Shown: positions 38,570 through 48,024 of the stretch, in pieces
Numbering within the stretch: the stretch's first letter is position 1
Layout of the letters: each line of letters starts with the position of its first letter
Source: an uncultured delta proteobacterium
GTDB lineage: Bacteria; Myxococcota_A; UBA9160; UBA4427
DNA: 64,000 nt
Reading direction: 5' to 3'
Assembly: GCA_963822965.1 (NCBI GenBank)
Contig: CAWGJT010000010.1
Coordinates: 1,024,001 to 1,088,000, forward strand
Notes under the pieces: generated by a model
Database searches by the model: none
What the model was told of the DNA's origin: nothing
What the model saw: only the letters and a program-made list of their open reading frames with translations
Translations under genes and position numbers: made by a program

Positions 38570-39751
38570 TCAGGCCGTCTCGAACGCCTCTCGCACCTCT
38601 TCCCGCAGCGCCCTCGATTCCGCCAGCTCGAGCACCGTCAGCGCCAGCGCCCGGGCACCCTCCAGCAGCCCGGAGCGCCCCTCCGCGGTGACGGTCGCCT
38701 CGGCGAAGGCGCGGGTGTGGAGCTCGAGGTTCCGGCCGATGGGGAAGTTCGGGTGGATGGTGGGCACCACCCGCGAGACGTGGGTGATGTCGCTCGACCC
38801 GATGGCGTCCGTCGGCGCGTGCGGGGTCTCCGGAAGACCCAGGCGTTCGAGCTGCCGCCGATAGGTGGCGGCCAGCGGAAGATTCGGTCGCATGGGCGGC
38901 GACGTGCCCGCCTCGCGCCGCACCTCGAGGCGCGTGCCGGTCTGCTCGGCGGCGCCCCGGGCGCACGCGAGCACCCGCTCCTCGCTCTCCGCGAGGATGC
39001 CCTCGTCGAGCGCCCGCACCCAGACACGCGCGGCGGCGCGTTCGGGGATGACGTTCGGCACCTTCCCCCCATCGGAGACGATCGCGTGGATCCGCGCCTC
39101 GCGCGGAAGCTGCTGGCGCAGCAGCCCGACGCCGACGAAGAAGGCGATGACGCCGTCGAGGGCGTTGATGCCACGCTCGGGATAGGCGGCCGCGTGGGAG
39201 GCGCGGCCGTGGTAGACGAGCTCGAACTTCCGGTTGCCCAGGAAGAGTCGGTGGGCGCGCCGCATGTCCGACGCGTGGGCCATCATGGCGACGTCGAAGT
39301 GCTCCAGCACCCCGGCCTCCACCAGGGTGCGCTTGCCGACCCCCGTCTCCTCGGCGGGACATCCGATCACGGTCACCCGCGCGGCGTCCGGGGGCAGCAC
39401 CCGCGCCAGGGCCGCCGCCGCGAGCAGGCTCGCGGGTCCCGAGAGGTTGTGACCGCAGGCGTGACCGATGCCCGGCAGCGCATCCATCTCGGCGAGCAGG
39501 GCCGCGTGCAGAGGGGCGTCCGGGTCTCCGATGCTCGCGGTGAAGGCCGTCGGCATGCCGGCCACCTGCTCGGCGATCTCGAAGTGACGCTCGCCCAGGT
39601 AGCGCCGGTAGCGCGCGCTGGTCTCGACCTCCTCGAGGGAGAGCTCCGGCGACGCGGCCATCCACCGGGAGAGTGCGATCGCCTCGTCGGCCCCTTCGTC
39701 GATCGCTTCCAGCAAGCGGGTACGGGTCTCGTCGGGGATCCCGGTCGTCAT
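38570..39751 (-). CDS. M20 family amidohydrolase (ACY1L2-like)
   Basis: AEMDALPGIGHACGHN, PAEE, GSSD. Confidence 0.9.
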   Translation of the reverse strand: MTTGIPDETRTRLLEAIDEGADEAIALSRWMAASPELSLEEVETSARYRRYLGERHFEIAEQVAGMPTAFTASIGDPDAPLHAALLAEMDALPGIGHACGHNLSGPASLLAAAALARVLPPDAARVTVIGCPAEETGVGKRTLVEAGVLEHFDVAMMAHASDMRRAHRLFLGNRKFELVYHGRASHAAAYPERGINALDGVIAFFVGVGLLRQQLPREARIHAIVSDGGKVPNVIPERAAARVWVRALDEGILAESEERVLACARGAAEQTGTRLEVRREAGTSPPMRPNLPLAATYRRQLERLGLPETPHAPTDAIGSSDITHVSRVVPTIHPNFPIGRNLELHTRAFAEATVTAEGRSGLLEGARALALTVLELAESRALREEVREAFETA

Positions 39752-39843
39752 GCCGGGATGATCGACCATCGGAGGGTCTCCCTGTAACCCCCGCCGCTGC
39801 CGGACCGCCACCCTGCTAGCGTGGAAAAACGGGAGGTGGTGGT

Positions 39844-42612
39844 GTGGGGGCGACCCGGGCGGCGGTCGTAGGGGGGCTGGTGGTGCTGCTCGGGCTGGCC
39901 TGGGCGGCTTCGGGCCGGGCGGCGCCCTATGCCGAGCAGGTGACCGCCGAGAACGCGGCACGGCGCCTGGTCGGAGGCAGCGACGCCACCGGAGGCATCG
40001 GCGATTGGGCGCTCGGCAACGGGGTGCTGTGCGCGGTCATCTCCGATCCGAGCCACGAGTCGCATCTCACGCCCCTGGGCGGCACCCTCATCGATCTCGG
40101 CCGCTGCGGGCTCGCCCACGACCAGTGGGTCGGTGCCGAGACCCTCTTCAACATGTCCCGCGATCACATGCTGGGGGCCACGGCGATCCGGGCCGAGCCC
40201 CGGAGCCCGGACGGCTCGGTGGCCATCGTCGCGAGCGCCCGCCTGCAGGGGCTCGCGATCGAGACCCGCTACGCGCTGACGCCCGAGCACCCGGAAGCCC
40301 TCCTGATCGAGACGCGCGCCCTGCGGCTGCCGCCGACCGAGACGGGGCAGGACGCCGAGCGGGCCTTCCTCTTCGGCGACGTCGTGCTGCACGGCCGCCG
40401 GCAGCTCGCCCCGTTCACCCTGCACGTGGATGCCGCGGGTCTGCCCCTCTTCGACGCGGGCAGCGTGGGGTTCGCGCACCCGCCTTCGGATCCCGACGAC
40501 ATGCTGACCATGGTCCGGGCCATCCTGCCTGCGAACCTGCACGTGCTGGTCGGCGGCGGCTCCCAGCGGCCCGGCGTCGCCTACGGCGTCCGCCTGCTGG
40601 GCGGGCGCCTGGAAGGGCCGGACGGCAGCACGCGGCCGCTCCCCCAGCTCGCCATCAACGGAGAGAGCTTCACCATGCAGGCCGTCTTCACGCGGCCCCT
40701 CTACTTCGGAGGCGAGGACGGCATCGGCTGGCTCGAGCTGGGGCAGACCCTGCTGATGGACCTCGAGCCCGGGGAGACGCTCGTCCTGACCCGGGAGATC
40801 CTGGTGGGCGAGCGATCGGACGTGGCGTCGGTGACCGACCAGCTGTGGGGCTGGGCGCCGCTGCTGCGGGGGCGCGTGGAGCCCGAGGCCCGGGTCCACG
40901 TCGCGACACCCGAGGGCACTCCCGTGAGCGAGGTCCGACCGGACGCGTCGGGCGCATTCGCCCTGCACATTCCGGTCGGTCGCTACCGGCTGAGCGTGCG
41001 CGGTCCGATGGATCGCGTGCAGGAGCGGGAGGTCGAGGTGGGGGCGGCCGGACTCGACGCGGGCCCCCTCTCCCTTCCGGCGCTCGGTCGCGTGCTGCTG
41101 CCGCGCGGACGACCCATGCGCCTGGTCTTCCTGCCGGAGGGCTCGGACGAGCCCGTCGCGTTCGGGGACGACGAGCTCGACTTCCGGGTCGGCGAGCGGC
41201 GCCACGCGGACGGCGGAGAAGGCCCGTACGTGTCCCTGGCCGGCGTCGAGTCGGACCCGGAGACGGTGTCGCTGCGGGCCGGCGCCTACCGCGTGCTGGC
41301 CACGCGGGGGCCGGAGTTCGATCTCGGCGAGGCGCGCGTCGAGGCGGTGGCCGGCGAGACGGTCCCGCTCCAGATCGACTCGCCCGCCCGGGTGCTCGAG
41401 CATCCGGGCTGGGTCTCGGCCGACCTCCACGTACACAGCGAGTGGAGCGACGACTCGAACTTCGCGATCGATCGCCGCATCGCCGCCTTCGCCGCCGAGG
41501 GCGCCGACCTGATGGTCTCGACCGAGCACGACCGCGTCACCGACTACGCGCCGGAGATCGCCCGCCTCGGACTCACCGGCCGGATCGCCAGCCTCGTCGG
41601 CGTCGAGGTGACGAGCAGCGCCCACAGCGCCGCGGCACCGTTCACCGCGGGCCACGCCAACGTCTACCCGCTCCCGCACGACGGCCGGGCCTTTCGCGGC
41701 GGTGCGCCCCGCGGCGAAGGGCGGCGGCTGCGCGCCATGATGGAGGACGTGCGGCGGCTGCCGGGGCGCCGCATCGTGCAGCTGAACCACCCGCGCAGCA
41801 AGCACGGCAGCATCGGCGATCTCAACTTCTTCACCCACCTGTCGGTCGCCGGCGAGCCGTTCCGACCTGCGGAGCCCCTGGCGGCCTGGCCGAACCGGGT
41901 GCTCCTCGACCGCGACTCCGAGCACGGCCCGCGGGACCTCGACTTCGACGTGCTCGAGGTGTGGAACGGCGACTCCCTACGCCAGTTCCGCGCGACCCGG
42001 GCGGACTGGTACTCGCTCCTGCTCCAGGGCGAGGTCCGGGCCGGGGTCGCCAACAGCGACTCACACGTGCGCGGCGAGCTCGTCGCGCACCCGCGCACCT
42101 ACGTGCGGCTTCCACGGGATGCGAAGATCGACCTGGCCGCCTTCGACGGCGCCGTCTTCGTCGAGGCGCTGCGCGGGGCCCACGCGTACGGCACGTCGGG
42201 CCCGCTCCTCGACGTGACGCTCACCGCGCCGGGCGACGGCCCAAGCGGCGCGAGCGCAATGGGCGATCTCTACCGGGGAAGCGCGGGGCGGCTCCGGGTG
42301 GGGGTGCAGGCGGCACCGTGGGTGCCCGTGTCGCGGCTCGTCGTCCGATGGAACGGCGAGCGGATCCACGACGAGCCCATCTCGGCCGGCGCCGCGGTGG
42401 AGCACGACCTGGCCTTCGACCGGGACGGCTTCGTCACGGTCGAGGTGAGCGGCGAGCCCTCCGGCGACTACGCCCGGGTGGTGCCCGGCTTCGTGCCCTT
42501 CGCGTTCTCGAACCCCATCTTCGTCGACGCCGATGGCGACGGGCGCTTCACGGCGCCGGGGCTGCCGTCGCAGGCGCTGCCCATCCTCGATCCCGGGACC
42601 GACGACCTCTGA
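39844..42612 (+). CDS. Secreted CehA/McbA family PHP metallohydrolase
   Basis: ADLHVHS, STEHD, QLNHPR, NSDSH, SNPIFVD. Confidence 0.82.
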   Translation: MGATRAAVVGGLVVLLGLAWAASGRAAPYAEQVTAENAARRLVGGSDATGGIGDWALGNGVLCAVISDPSHESHLTPLGGTLIDLGRCGLAHDQWVGAETLFNMSRDHMLGATAIRAEPRSPDGSVAIVASARLQGLAIETRYALTPEHPEALLIETRALRLPPTETGQDAERAFLFGDVVLHGRRQLAPFTLHVDAAGLPLFDAGSVGFAHPPSDPDDMLTMVRAILPANLHVLVGGGSQRPGVAYGVRLLGGRLEGPDGSTRPLPQLAINGESFTMQAVFTRPLYFGGEDGIGWLELGQTLLMDLEPGETLVLTREILVGERSDVASVTDQLWGWAPLLRGRVEPEARVHVATPEGTPVSEVRPDASGAFALHIPVGRYRLSVRGPMDRVQEREVEVGAAGLDAGPLSLPALGRVLLPRGRPMRLVFLPEGSDEPVAFGDDELDFRVGERRHADGGEGPYVSLAGVESDPETVSLRAGAYRVLATRGPEFDLGEARVEAVAGETVPLQIDSPARVLEHPGWVSADLHVHSEWSDDSNFAIDRRIAAFAAEGADLMVSTEHDRVTDYAPEIARLGLTGRIASLVGVEVTSSAHSAAAPFTAGHANVYPLPHDGRAFRGGAPRGEGRRLRAMMEDVRRLPGRRIVQLNHPRSKHGSIGDLNFFTHLSVAGEPFRPAEPLAAWPNRVLLDRDSEHGPRDLDFDVLEVWNGDSLRQFRATRADWYSLLLQGEVRAGVANSDSHVRGELVAHPRTYVRLPRDAKIDLAAFDGAVFVEALRGAHAYGTSGPLLDVTLTAPGDGPSGASAMGDLYRGSAGRLRVGVQAAPWVPVSRLVVRWNGERIHDEPISAGAAVEHDLAFDRDGFVTVEVSGEPSGDYARVVPGFVPFAFSNPIFVDADGDGRFTAPGLPSQALPILDPGTDDL

Positions 42613-42627
42613 GCGCGCCCCTCCGGC

Positions 42628-43401
42628 TCAGAAGGCCGGCGGACCGGAAGAGACGCTTCGCACCTCGGTCTCGCTCTGCGGCGGGGTGGGCGCCGCCGTC
42701 GCGGAGACCGCGAGATCCAGCGCGGGGTTGCCCCCCGGTGCCGTCACGTGCGCCTGCGACGCGAGCTCGCTGAACCGCGCCTCCCCCAGGGCCGAGTACG
42801 TCGAGAACTGCGTGAGCGGCGAATCGATGGCGAGATAGCCCACGGCGTTCACGTAGCCGCGATCGCGGTCGTAGGGCCGGGCCGGGACCGGCGTGCAGCG
42901 CGAGCTGCCCACGTCCTCGCAGAAGGGGTAGAGGGCACTCCCCCAGAGGTCCTCCACCCCCCGGAAGCCGCCGTTCCGGGTCGTGTCCATGCGTGCCCGC
43001 ACGTGGGCCCGGATCTGGCTCGTGGTGAAGCCCCAGTCGATCACGTACGCGAAGGCGCCGGTGAACGAGGCCGACACGACCTGATCCGTCTCGGGATCGA
43101 AGACCCAGACATAGTCGCTGAAGCTGCCGGGGACGGGATTGTTCTCGCGAAAGAGGCTCTGCTCGAGCACGTCCCCGCCCACACGCACCACGATCTGGCC
43201 GAGCTCGTTGCGCTCGAGCCAAGCCGCAAAGGGCTTCGTGTAGACCCGGTCCAGCAGGTCGGGTCGCTCGCTGGGGGAATCCTCGAACTGCACCACCACC
43301 CAGCGCGGGGTCGGGTCGGACAGGTGCATGGGCTCGGCGTGCGCGGCGCTCTGGAGGACGAGCGACAGCAGACAGACGATCCCGACGCTTCGAGGGTGCA
43401 T
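42628..43401 (-). CDS. Hypothetical secreted protein
   Basis: Signal peptide (AHA), protein-like composition. Confidence 0.7.
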   Translation of the reverse strand: MHPRSVGIVCLLSLVLQSAAHAEPMHLSDPTPRWVVVQFEDSPSERPDLLDRVYTKPFAAWLERNELGQIVVRVGGDVLEQSLFRENNPVPGSFSDYVWVFDPETDQVVSASFTGAFAYVIDWGFTTSQIRAHVRARMDTTRNGGFRGVEDLWGSALYPFCEDVGSSRCTPVPARPYDRDRGYVNAVGYLAIDSPLTQFSTYSALGEARFSELASQAHVTAPGGNPALDLAVSATAAPTPPQSETEVRSVSSGPPAF

Positions 43402-43821
43402 GTGCGTGGTTCCAGCTCCCGGTCTCCCCGTCGTGCCTTCGACGGGTCTCTCGCTGGGGTACCTGCAAGCGGAATACCAAGAAGCCGCGCCCGGAGGCGC
43501 CGCCGGAAGCGCTCCAGGCCGTCCTCACGACGGCCGACCCCGCAATTCCTCGCGGGGTGTGGAGAACGTTTCCCGATCCCGCGAAAGGCCCGTCCTCGCA
43601 TCCGCCGGCGTGTCGCGCCACCTCCGACCCGGGCCGCCCGGACGGGCCGCCTTTCGTGACGCAGCGCACCAGAGCCCTACCGACACAGTAGTGAGTCGAG
43701 TGACCACGCGATCGGATCGAGTGGCCGTGCGTGCGATCGGTCACGCGCGCGCCGTGTTCCCCGTCACGCCGGGTTTCTTTTCGCCGGTCTGCACTTGCGC
43801 CCGTGATTGCAGTCACGAGTC

Positions 43822-43865
43822 CGCCCGTCTTCGCACCCGAGAGCGCCCGTCTTCGCACCCGAGAG
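43822..43865. repeat. 2 x 22-bp tandem repeat CGCCCGTCTTCGCACCCGAGAG
   Basis: Direct inspection. Confidence 0.9.
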
Positions 43866-43904
43866 AGAGTCATCGCGTCTGGCGACACAGCGAGGTTGGA
43901 TTCC

Positions 43905-45074
43905 ATGCGATGCACTCTTCGAAGCTCCCCCTTTCGTCCCGGTCTCGAGGCGGCGACGCGGTGCGTCGCCCTCGGCGTCCTCCTGCTCTGCACCACCCTC
44001 GCGGGCAATGCCTGGGGAATCGTCGTCGAGGGCACCACGGCGGAGTTCGCCTGGACGCCGGCGTCCGGCCCGGTGGCCGGCTACCGGGTGTTCGTGATCC
44101 GGAACGGGGTGGCCGGGACGGCACCCGAGGTGGAGGTGTCGGCGACGACGGCGACCATCTATAGCCAGCTGGACGACACCATCGCCGTGCAGGTCGCGGC
44201 CTTCGACGGGGCGGGCAACGAGGGTCCGCTGAGCCCGGCCTCCGAGAGCGTGACCCTGACCGCGCCTCCCCCGCCTCCCCCGCCCCCCTATGTCGTCGTC
44301 GAGGCTTCGGGCGACTTCTCGCTGCAGCAGGCGCTGGACACGGCCGCGCCGGGCGAGCAGGTCGTCGTCCAGCTGCAGGGCACCACCAAGCAGCTGCTGG
44401 ACGCGGCCCCGCCCGGCGACCTCGCGGACGGCGAGACGTGGGGCCTCGACCAGCTCATCGTCGGCTCACCCAGCCAGCCCACCAAGGTCCGCCTGGTCGA
44501 CGCGGTCGGGCTCGACCTGGCCTCGCCCCTGGCAGACCTGCCCCCGATCACCCTGGCGGGGCTCGGCAACGGCGCCCCCTGCGCCCGCGACGGCGGGCCC
44601 GGTCTCATCATCGCGCCCGGCTCCCAGCTGGTGCTGGGCGGGATCGATCTCTTCGTGTTCGACGGCGAGACCTGCGTCCATCTGAACGAGCGATTCCCCG
44701 GCCCGTCGGATCCGAACGTCATCGCCTACGACGGCGGGGAGATCCTGCTCTACGGCGATCTCGAGGACGACGGCGTGCTCGACCCCGACGACAACTGCCT
44801 CATCGAGGTGAACCCCGACCAGTGTGACGGGGATCGGGACGGCTTCGGCAACCGCTGCGACTTCGACAGCAACGGCGACAACGTGGTGGATCTCACGGAC
44901 ATCACGGCCGTGATGGTGGCCGCGCGCAAGGTGAGCACGTCACCCGTGCTCGACTTCAACTGCGACGGCGCGGTGGGCCTCGACGACTTCAGCCTGATCA
45001 TGAACCGGCTCGACCACTTCGTTGGCCCCTCCGGTCTCGCCTGCACGGTCGACGCCACCTGCGCCGGACCGTGA
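43905..45074 (+). CDS. Secreted FN3 + poly-Pro linker + thrombospondin-3/dockerin-like Ca-binding protein
   Basis: WTPASGPVAGYRV, DNC...NPDQCDGDRDGFGNRCD, DSNGDNVVDLTD. Confidence 0.75.
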   Translation: MRCTLRSSPFRPGLEAATRCVALGVLLLCTTLAGNAWGIVVEGTTAEFAWTPASGPVAGYRVFVIRNGVAGTAPEVEVSATTATIYSQLDDTIAVQVAAFDGAGNEGPLSPASESVTLTAPPPPPPPPYVVVEASGDFSLQQALDTAAPGEQVVVQLQGTTKQLLDAAPPGDLADGETWGLDQLIVGSPSQPTKVRLVDAVGLDLASPLADLPPITLAGLGNGAPCARDGGPGLIIAPGSQLVLGGIDLFVFDGETCVHLNERFPGPSDPNVIAYDGGEILLYGDLEDDGVLDPDDNCLIEVNPDQCDGDRDGFGNRCDFDSNGDNVVDLTDITAVMVAARKVSTSPVLDFNCDGAVGLDDFSLIMNRLDHFVGPSGLACTVDATCAGP

Positions 45075-45213
45075 GCAGCCAGGCTTCGGTGCGTCGGTCG
45101 GTCCGGGTCCCGCCGTTTCCCCATCCCGGATCGACCGCCCTCGCCCGCCCCGGACCCCACGCCGGGGCGGGCGCTTCACCGGAGCCGCCCGTGTCCTGCC
45201 TGGACGCAGCGCC

Positions 45214-45242
45214 TTGACGTGGATCGCCGGTTCTGGCACGTT
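45214..45242 (+). promoter_or_regulatory. Putative sigma70 promoter of the trp leader
   Basis: TTGACG-17 bp-CACGTT, then 7 nt to ATG 45250. Confidence 0.55.
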
Positions 45243-45249
45243 GCGCGCC

Positions 45250-45569
45250 ATGTCGTGCCGTCCGCAACCGTTCCCGGCTACTTCGGCCGTCTCGTCGTTT
45301 CGAGCTTCGGCCGTCTCGTCGTTTCGAGCTTCGGCCGTCTCGTCGTTTCGGACGCCTCTTCGTTTCGGACTTCGGCCGTCTCGTCGTTTCGGACTTCGGC
45401 CGTCTCGTCGTTTCGGACTTCGGCCGTCTCGTCGTTTCGGACTTCGGCCGTCTCGTCGTTTCGGACTTCGGCCGTCTCGTCGTTTCGGACTTCGGCCGTC
45501 TCGTCGTTCCGGGCTTCGGCCGTCTCGTGGTGGTGGTGTGTCTCCCTTCCGGAGGTAGCCACCGGGTAA
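45250..45569 (+). promoter_or_regulatory. trpL: trp leader peptide region (trpL-like, WWW) expanded by tandem repeats
   Basis: TGGTGGTGG at 45528-45536, stop at 45569, followed by a terminator and trpEG. Confidence 0.75.
45281..45528. repeat. 24-bp VNTR CTTCGGCCGTCTCGTCGTTTCG(GA/AG): 9 full units, one 17-bp unit, one partial unit
   Basis: Direct inspection; encodes (T/A)SAVSSFR. Confidence 0.97.
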
Positions 45570-45616
45570 CGGCGCTCGCCCACGATCGACACGCGAGCCG
45601 CACGCAAACGGAACGA

Positions 45617-45652
45617 AAAGGCCGCCTCGGGAGAGGCGGCCTTTCCGTTTCT
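45617..45652 (+). terminator. Attenuator terminator hairpin
   Basis: AAAGGCCGCCTC-GGGA-GAGGCGGCCTTT then CCGTTTCT. Confidence 0.8.
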
Positions 45653-45716
45653 GGGGTCCCTGCCATCCCACCCGACCGGAATCGCCTCCTCCTCGAGGAA
45701 CACGAGGAGAGACCCC

Positions 45717-47969
45717 ATGGACCGAGCGAGCGAGTGCCTGTGCCGGCGGTACGTCACGGCGGGTGGAATCGAGATCGTCCGCAGCGAGGAGATCGACGCG
45801 GGAGCCGACCGGGGGCGCGCGGCCATCGAGGCCCTGGTCGACGCCCTCGACACGCGACGGGGTGCGGTCTTCGCGTCCACGTGCGAGGTGCCGGGACGCT
45901 ACGCGCGCTGGGATCGCGGCTTCGTGGATCCGCCCCTCGCCATCGAGGCGCGCGGGCGACGCGTGCGCCTGCGAGCCCTGAACGAGCGCGGCCTGGTGTT
46001 GCTGCCCGCGGTGGCCCGCGCCGGGGAGGCGACCCAGGGCGCGCGACGGCTCCCCGGTGACGACCGGGCCGTCGAGCTCGAGATCGTCTCGCCGGCCGGC
46101 TGCTTTCCCGAGGAGGACCGCAGCCGGCAGCCGTCGGTCTTCGCGCTGCTCCGCCGGCTCGTCTCCCTGTTCGCGTGCCCCGCCGAGCCCGACCTCGGGC
46201 TCTACGGGGCCTTCGGCTACGACCTGGCCTTCCAGTTCGACCCCCTGGCGCTGCGCCACGAGCGTTCGCCGGACCAGCGCGACCTGGTGGTCTACCTGCC
46301 CGACGAGATCGTCCTGGTGGACCACCGCCGCGAACGCAGCCATCGCGTACGCTACGAATTCGTCGTCGACGGGGTGTCCACCGCGGGGCTGCCCCGCGCG
46401 GGCGACCGGGAGCCCTACCGCCCCGGCCGGCTCTCCCGGGGCAGCGATCACGAGCCCGGCGAGTACGCACAGGTGGTGCGCCGCGCCCGCGCCGCCTTCG
46501 CCCGGGGCGACCTCTTCGAGGTGGTTCCGAGCCAGGTCTTCTCCGAGGCCTGCCCGAGCCCGCCCTCGGAGGTCTTCCGCCGGCTGCGCAGCCGCAACCC
46601 CGCCCCCTACGGGTTCCTCGTCCATCTCGGAGAGCGGGAGCTCCTGGTCGGAGCGTCGCCCGAGATGTACGTGCGCGTGGGCGACGCGGCCGGACGCCCT
46701 GCCGACCCGTCGCGCGGTCGGCAGGTGGAGACCTGCCCCATCGCCGGCACGATCGCTCGCGGACGGGACGCGCTGGAGGACGCGGCGCGCATCGCCGAGC
46801 TGCTCGCCTCGGAGAAGGACGCCTGCGAGCTCACCATGTGCACCGATGTGGACCGCAACGACAAGAGCCGCGTGTGCGAGCCGGGCAGCGTACGGGTGGT
46901 GGGGCGCCGCCAGATCGAGATGTATTCCCGTCTCATCCACACCGTCGACCACGTGGTCGGCACCCTGTTGCCCGACCGCGACGCCCTGGACGCCTTCCTG
47001 AGCCACGCCTGGGCGGTCACCGTGACCGGCGCGCCGAAGCACGCCGCCATGCGCTTCATCGAAGACCACGAGCTCTCGCCCCGCCGCTGGTACGGCGGCG
47101 CCGTCGGCCGCATCGGCTTCGACGGTCGCCTCGACACCGGGCTCGTGCTGCGGACCGTCCGCATCGCGGAAGGCGTCGCCGAGGTGCGGGTGGGGGCGAC
47201 GCTGCTGCACGATTCGGATCCCGAATCCGAGGAAGAGGAGACCCGTCTCAAGGCGGCGGCGCTGATCGACGCCATCCGCCGGCCCGACGGCGCCGTGGAC
47301 CCCGCGTGCGCTCCACCGCGCGTGCTCGAGGAGTCTCCGGGCAGCGGACGGCGGGTCCTGCTCGTGGACGCCCAGGACTCGTTCGTCCACACCCTCGCCG
47401 ACTACTTCCGCCAGACGGGAGCCCGGGTGAAGACCCTGCGCGCGGGCTTCCCGCCCGGCGATCTCGTCCACTACGAGCCCGACCTGGTGGTGCTGTCACC
47501 GGGCCCCGGGCGTCCGGCGGACTTCGGCCTCGCGGCGGTGCTCGGGGAAGCGGCGCGGCTCGGCCTGCCGGTCTTCGGGGTTTGTCTCGGACTGCAGGCC
47601 ATCGCCGAGCACGCCGGCGGCGAGCTCGGCGTGCTGGCCGAGCCGGTGCACGGCAAAGCGTCGCGCATCCGGGTGCTGGGAGGGCGTCTCTTCGAAGGGT
47701 TGCCGCGCTGCTTCCGGGCCGGGCGCTACCACTCGCTCCACGCCCGCCGCGAGAGCCTCCCCCCGGACGTCCGCGTCACCGCCGTGGACGACGCCGATCG
47801 GGTGATGGCCCTCGAGCTCGCGTCCCTGCCGATGGCGGCGGTGCAGTTCCATCCGGAGTCGATCCTCACCAGCGGCGACGACCTCGGTCGCCGGCTGGTG
47901 CGAAACGTGGTGGGCGGGCTGCCCGTGCGCGCCCGCAGGCGCGCCTCCCGCGACCTGCTGGCTTCCTGA
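45717..47969 (+). CDS. trpEG: Fused anthranilate synthase component I/II
   Basis: CPIAGT, ELTMCTDVDRND, VTGAPK, WYGG, SPGPG, GVCLG, QFHPES. Confidence 0.95.
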   Translation: MDRASECLCRRYVTAGGIEIVRSEEIDAGADRGRAAIEALVDALDTRRGAVFASTCEVPGRYARWDRGFVDPPLAIEARGRRVRLRALNERGLVLLPAVARAGEATQGARRLPGDDRAVELEIVSPAGCFPEEDRSRQPSVFALLRRLVSLFACPAEPDLGLYGAFGYDLAFQFDPLALRHERSPDQRDLVVYLPDEIVLVDHRRERSHRVRYEFVVDGVSTAGLPRAGDREPYRPGRLSRGSDHEPGEYAQVVRRARAAFARGDLFEVVPSQVFSEACPSPPSEVFRRLRSRNPAPYGFLVHLGERELLVGASPEMYVRVGDAAGRPADPSRGRQVETCPIAGTIARGRDALEDAARIAELLASEKDACELTMCTDVDRNDKSRVCEPGSVRVVGRRQIEMYSRLIHTVDHVVGTLLPDRDALDAFLSHAWAVTVTGAPKHAAMRFIEDHELSPRRWYGGAVGRIGFDGRLDTGLVLRTVRIAEGVAEVRVGATLLHDSDPESEEEETRLKAAALIDAIRRPDGAVDPACAPPRVLEESPGSGRRVLLVDAQDSFVHTLADYFRQTGARVKTLRAGFPPGDLVHYEPDLVVLSPGPGRPADFGLAAVLGEAARLGLPVFGVCLGLQAIAEHAGGELGVLAEPVHGKASRIRVLGGRLFEGLPRCFRAGRYHSLHARRESLPPDVRVTAVDDADRVMALELASLPMAAVQFHPESILTSGDDLGRRLVRNVVGGLPVRARRRASRDLLAS

Positions 47970-48024
47970 GGGACGCTATCGTTCGCCGTCCCGACGACGA
48001 AGGAACGATCGAGAAGGAATCCCG

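Noticed and set aside
45281..45528. CRISPR array
   Set aside because: Units are directly adjacent with no unique spacers, and there are no cas genes; it is a VNTR.
44998..45880. Minus-strand repeat proteins (RNDETAEV)n or (ETTRRPKS)n
   Set aside because: They are translations of the VNTR; the plus-strand WWW, terminator and trpEG context explains the locus better.
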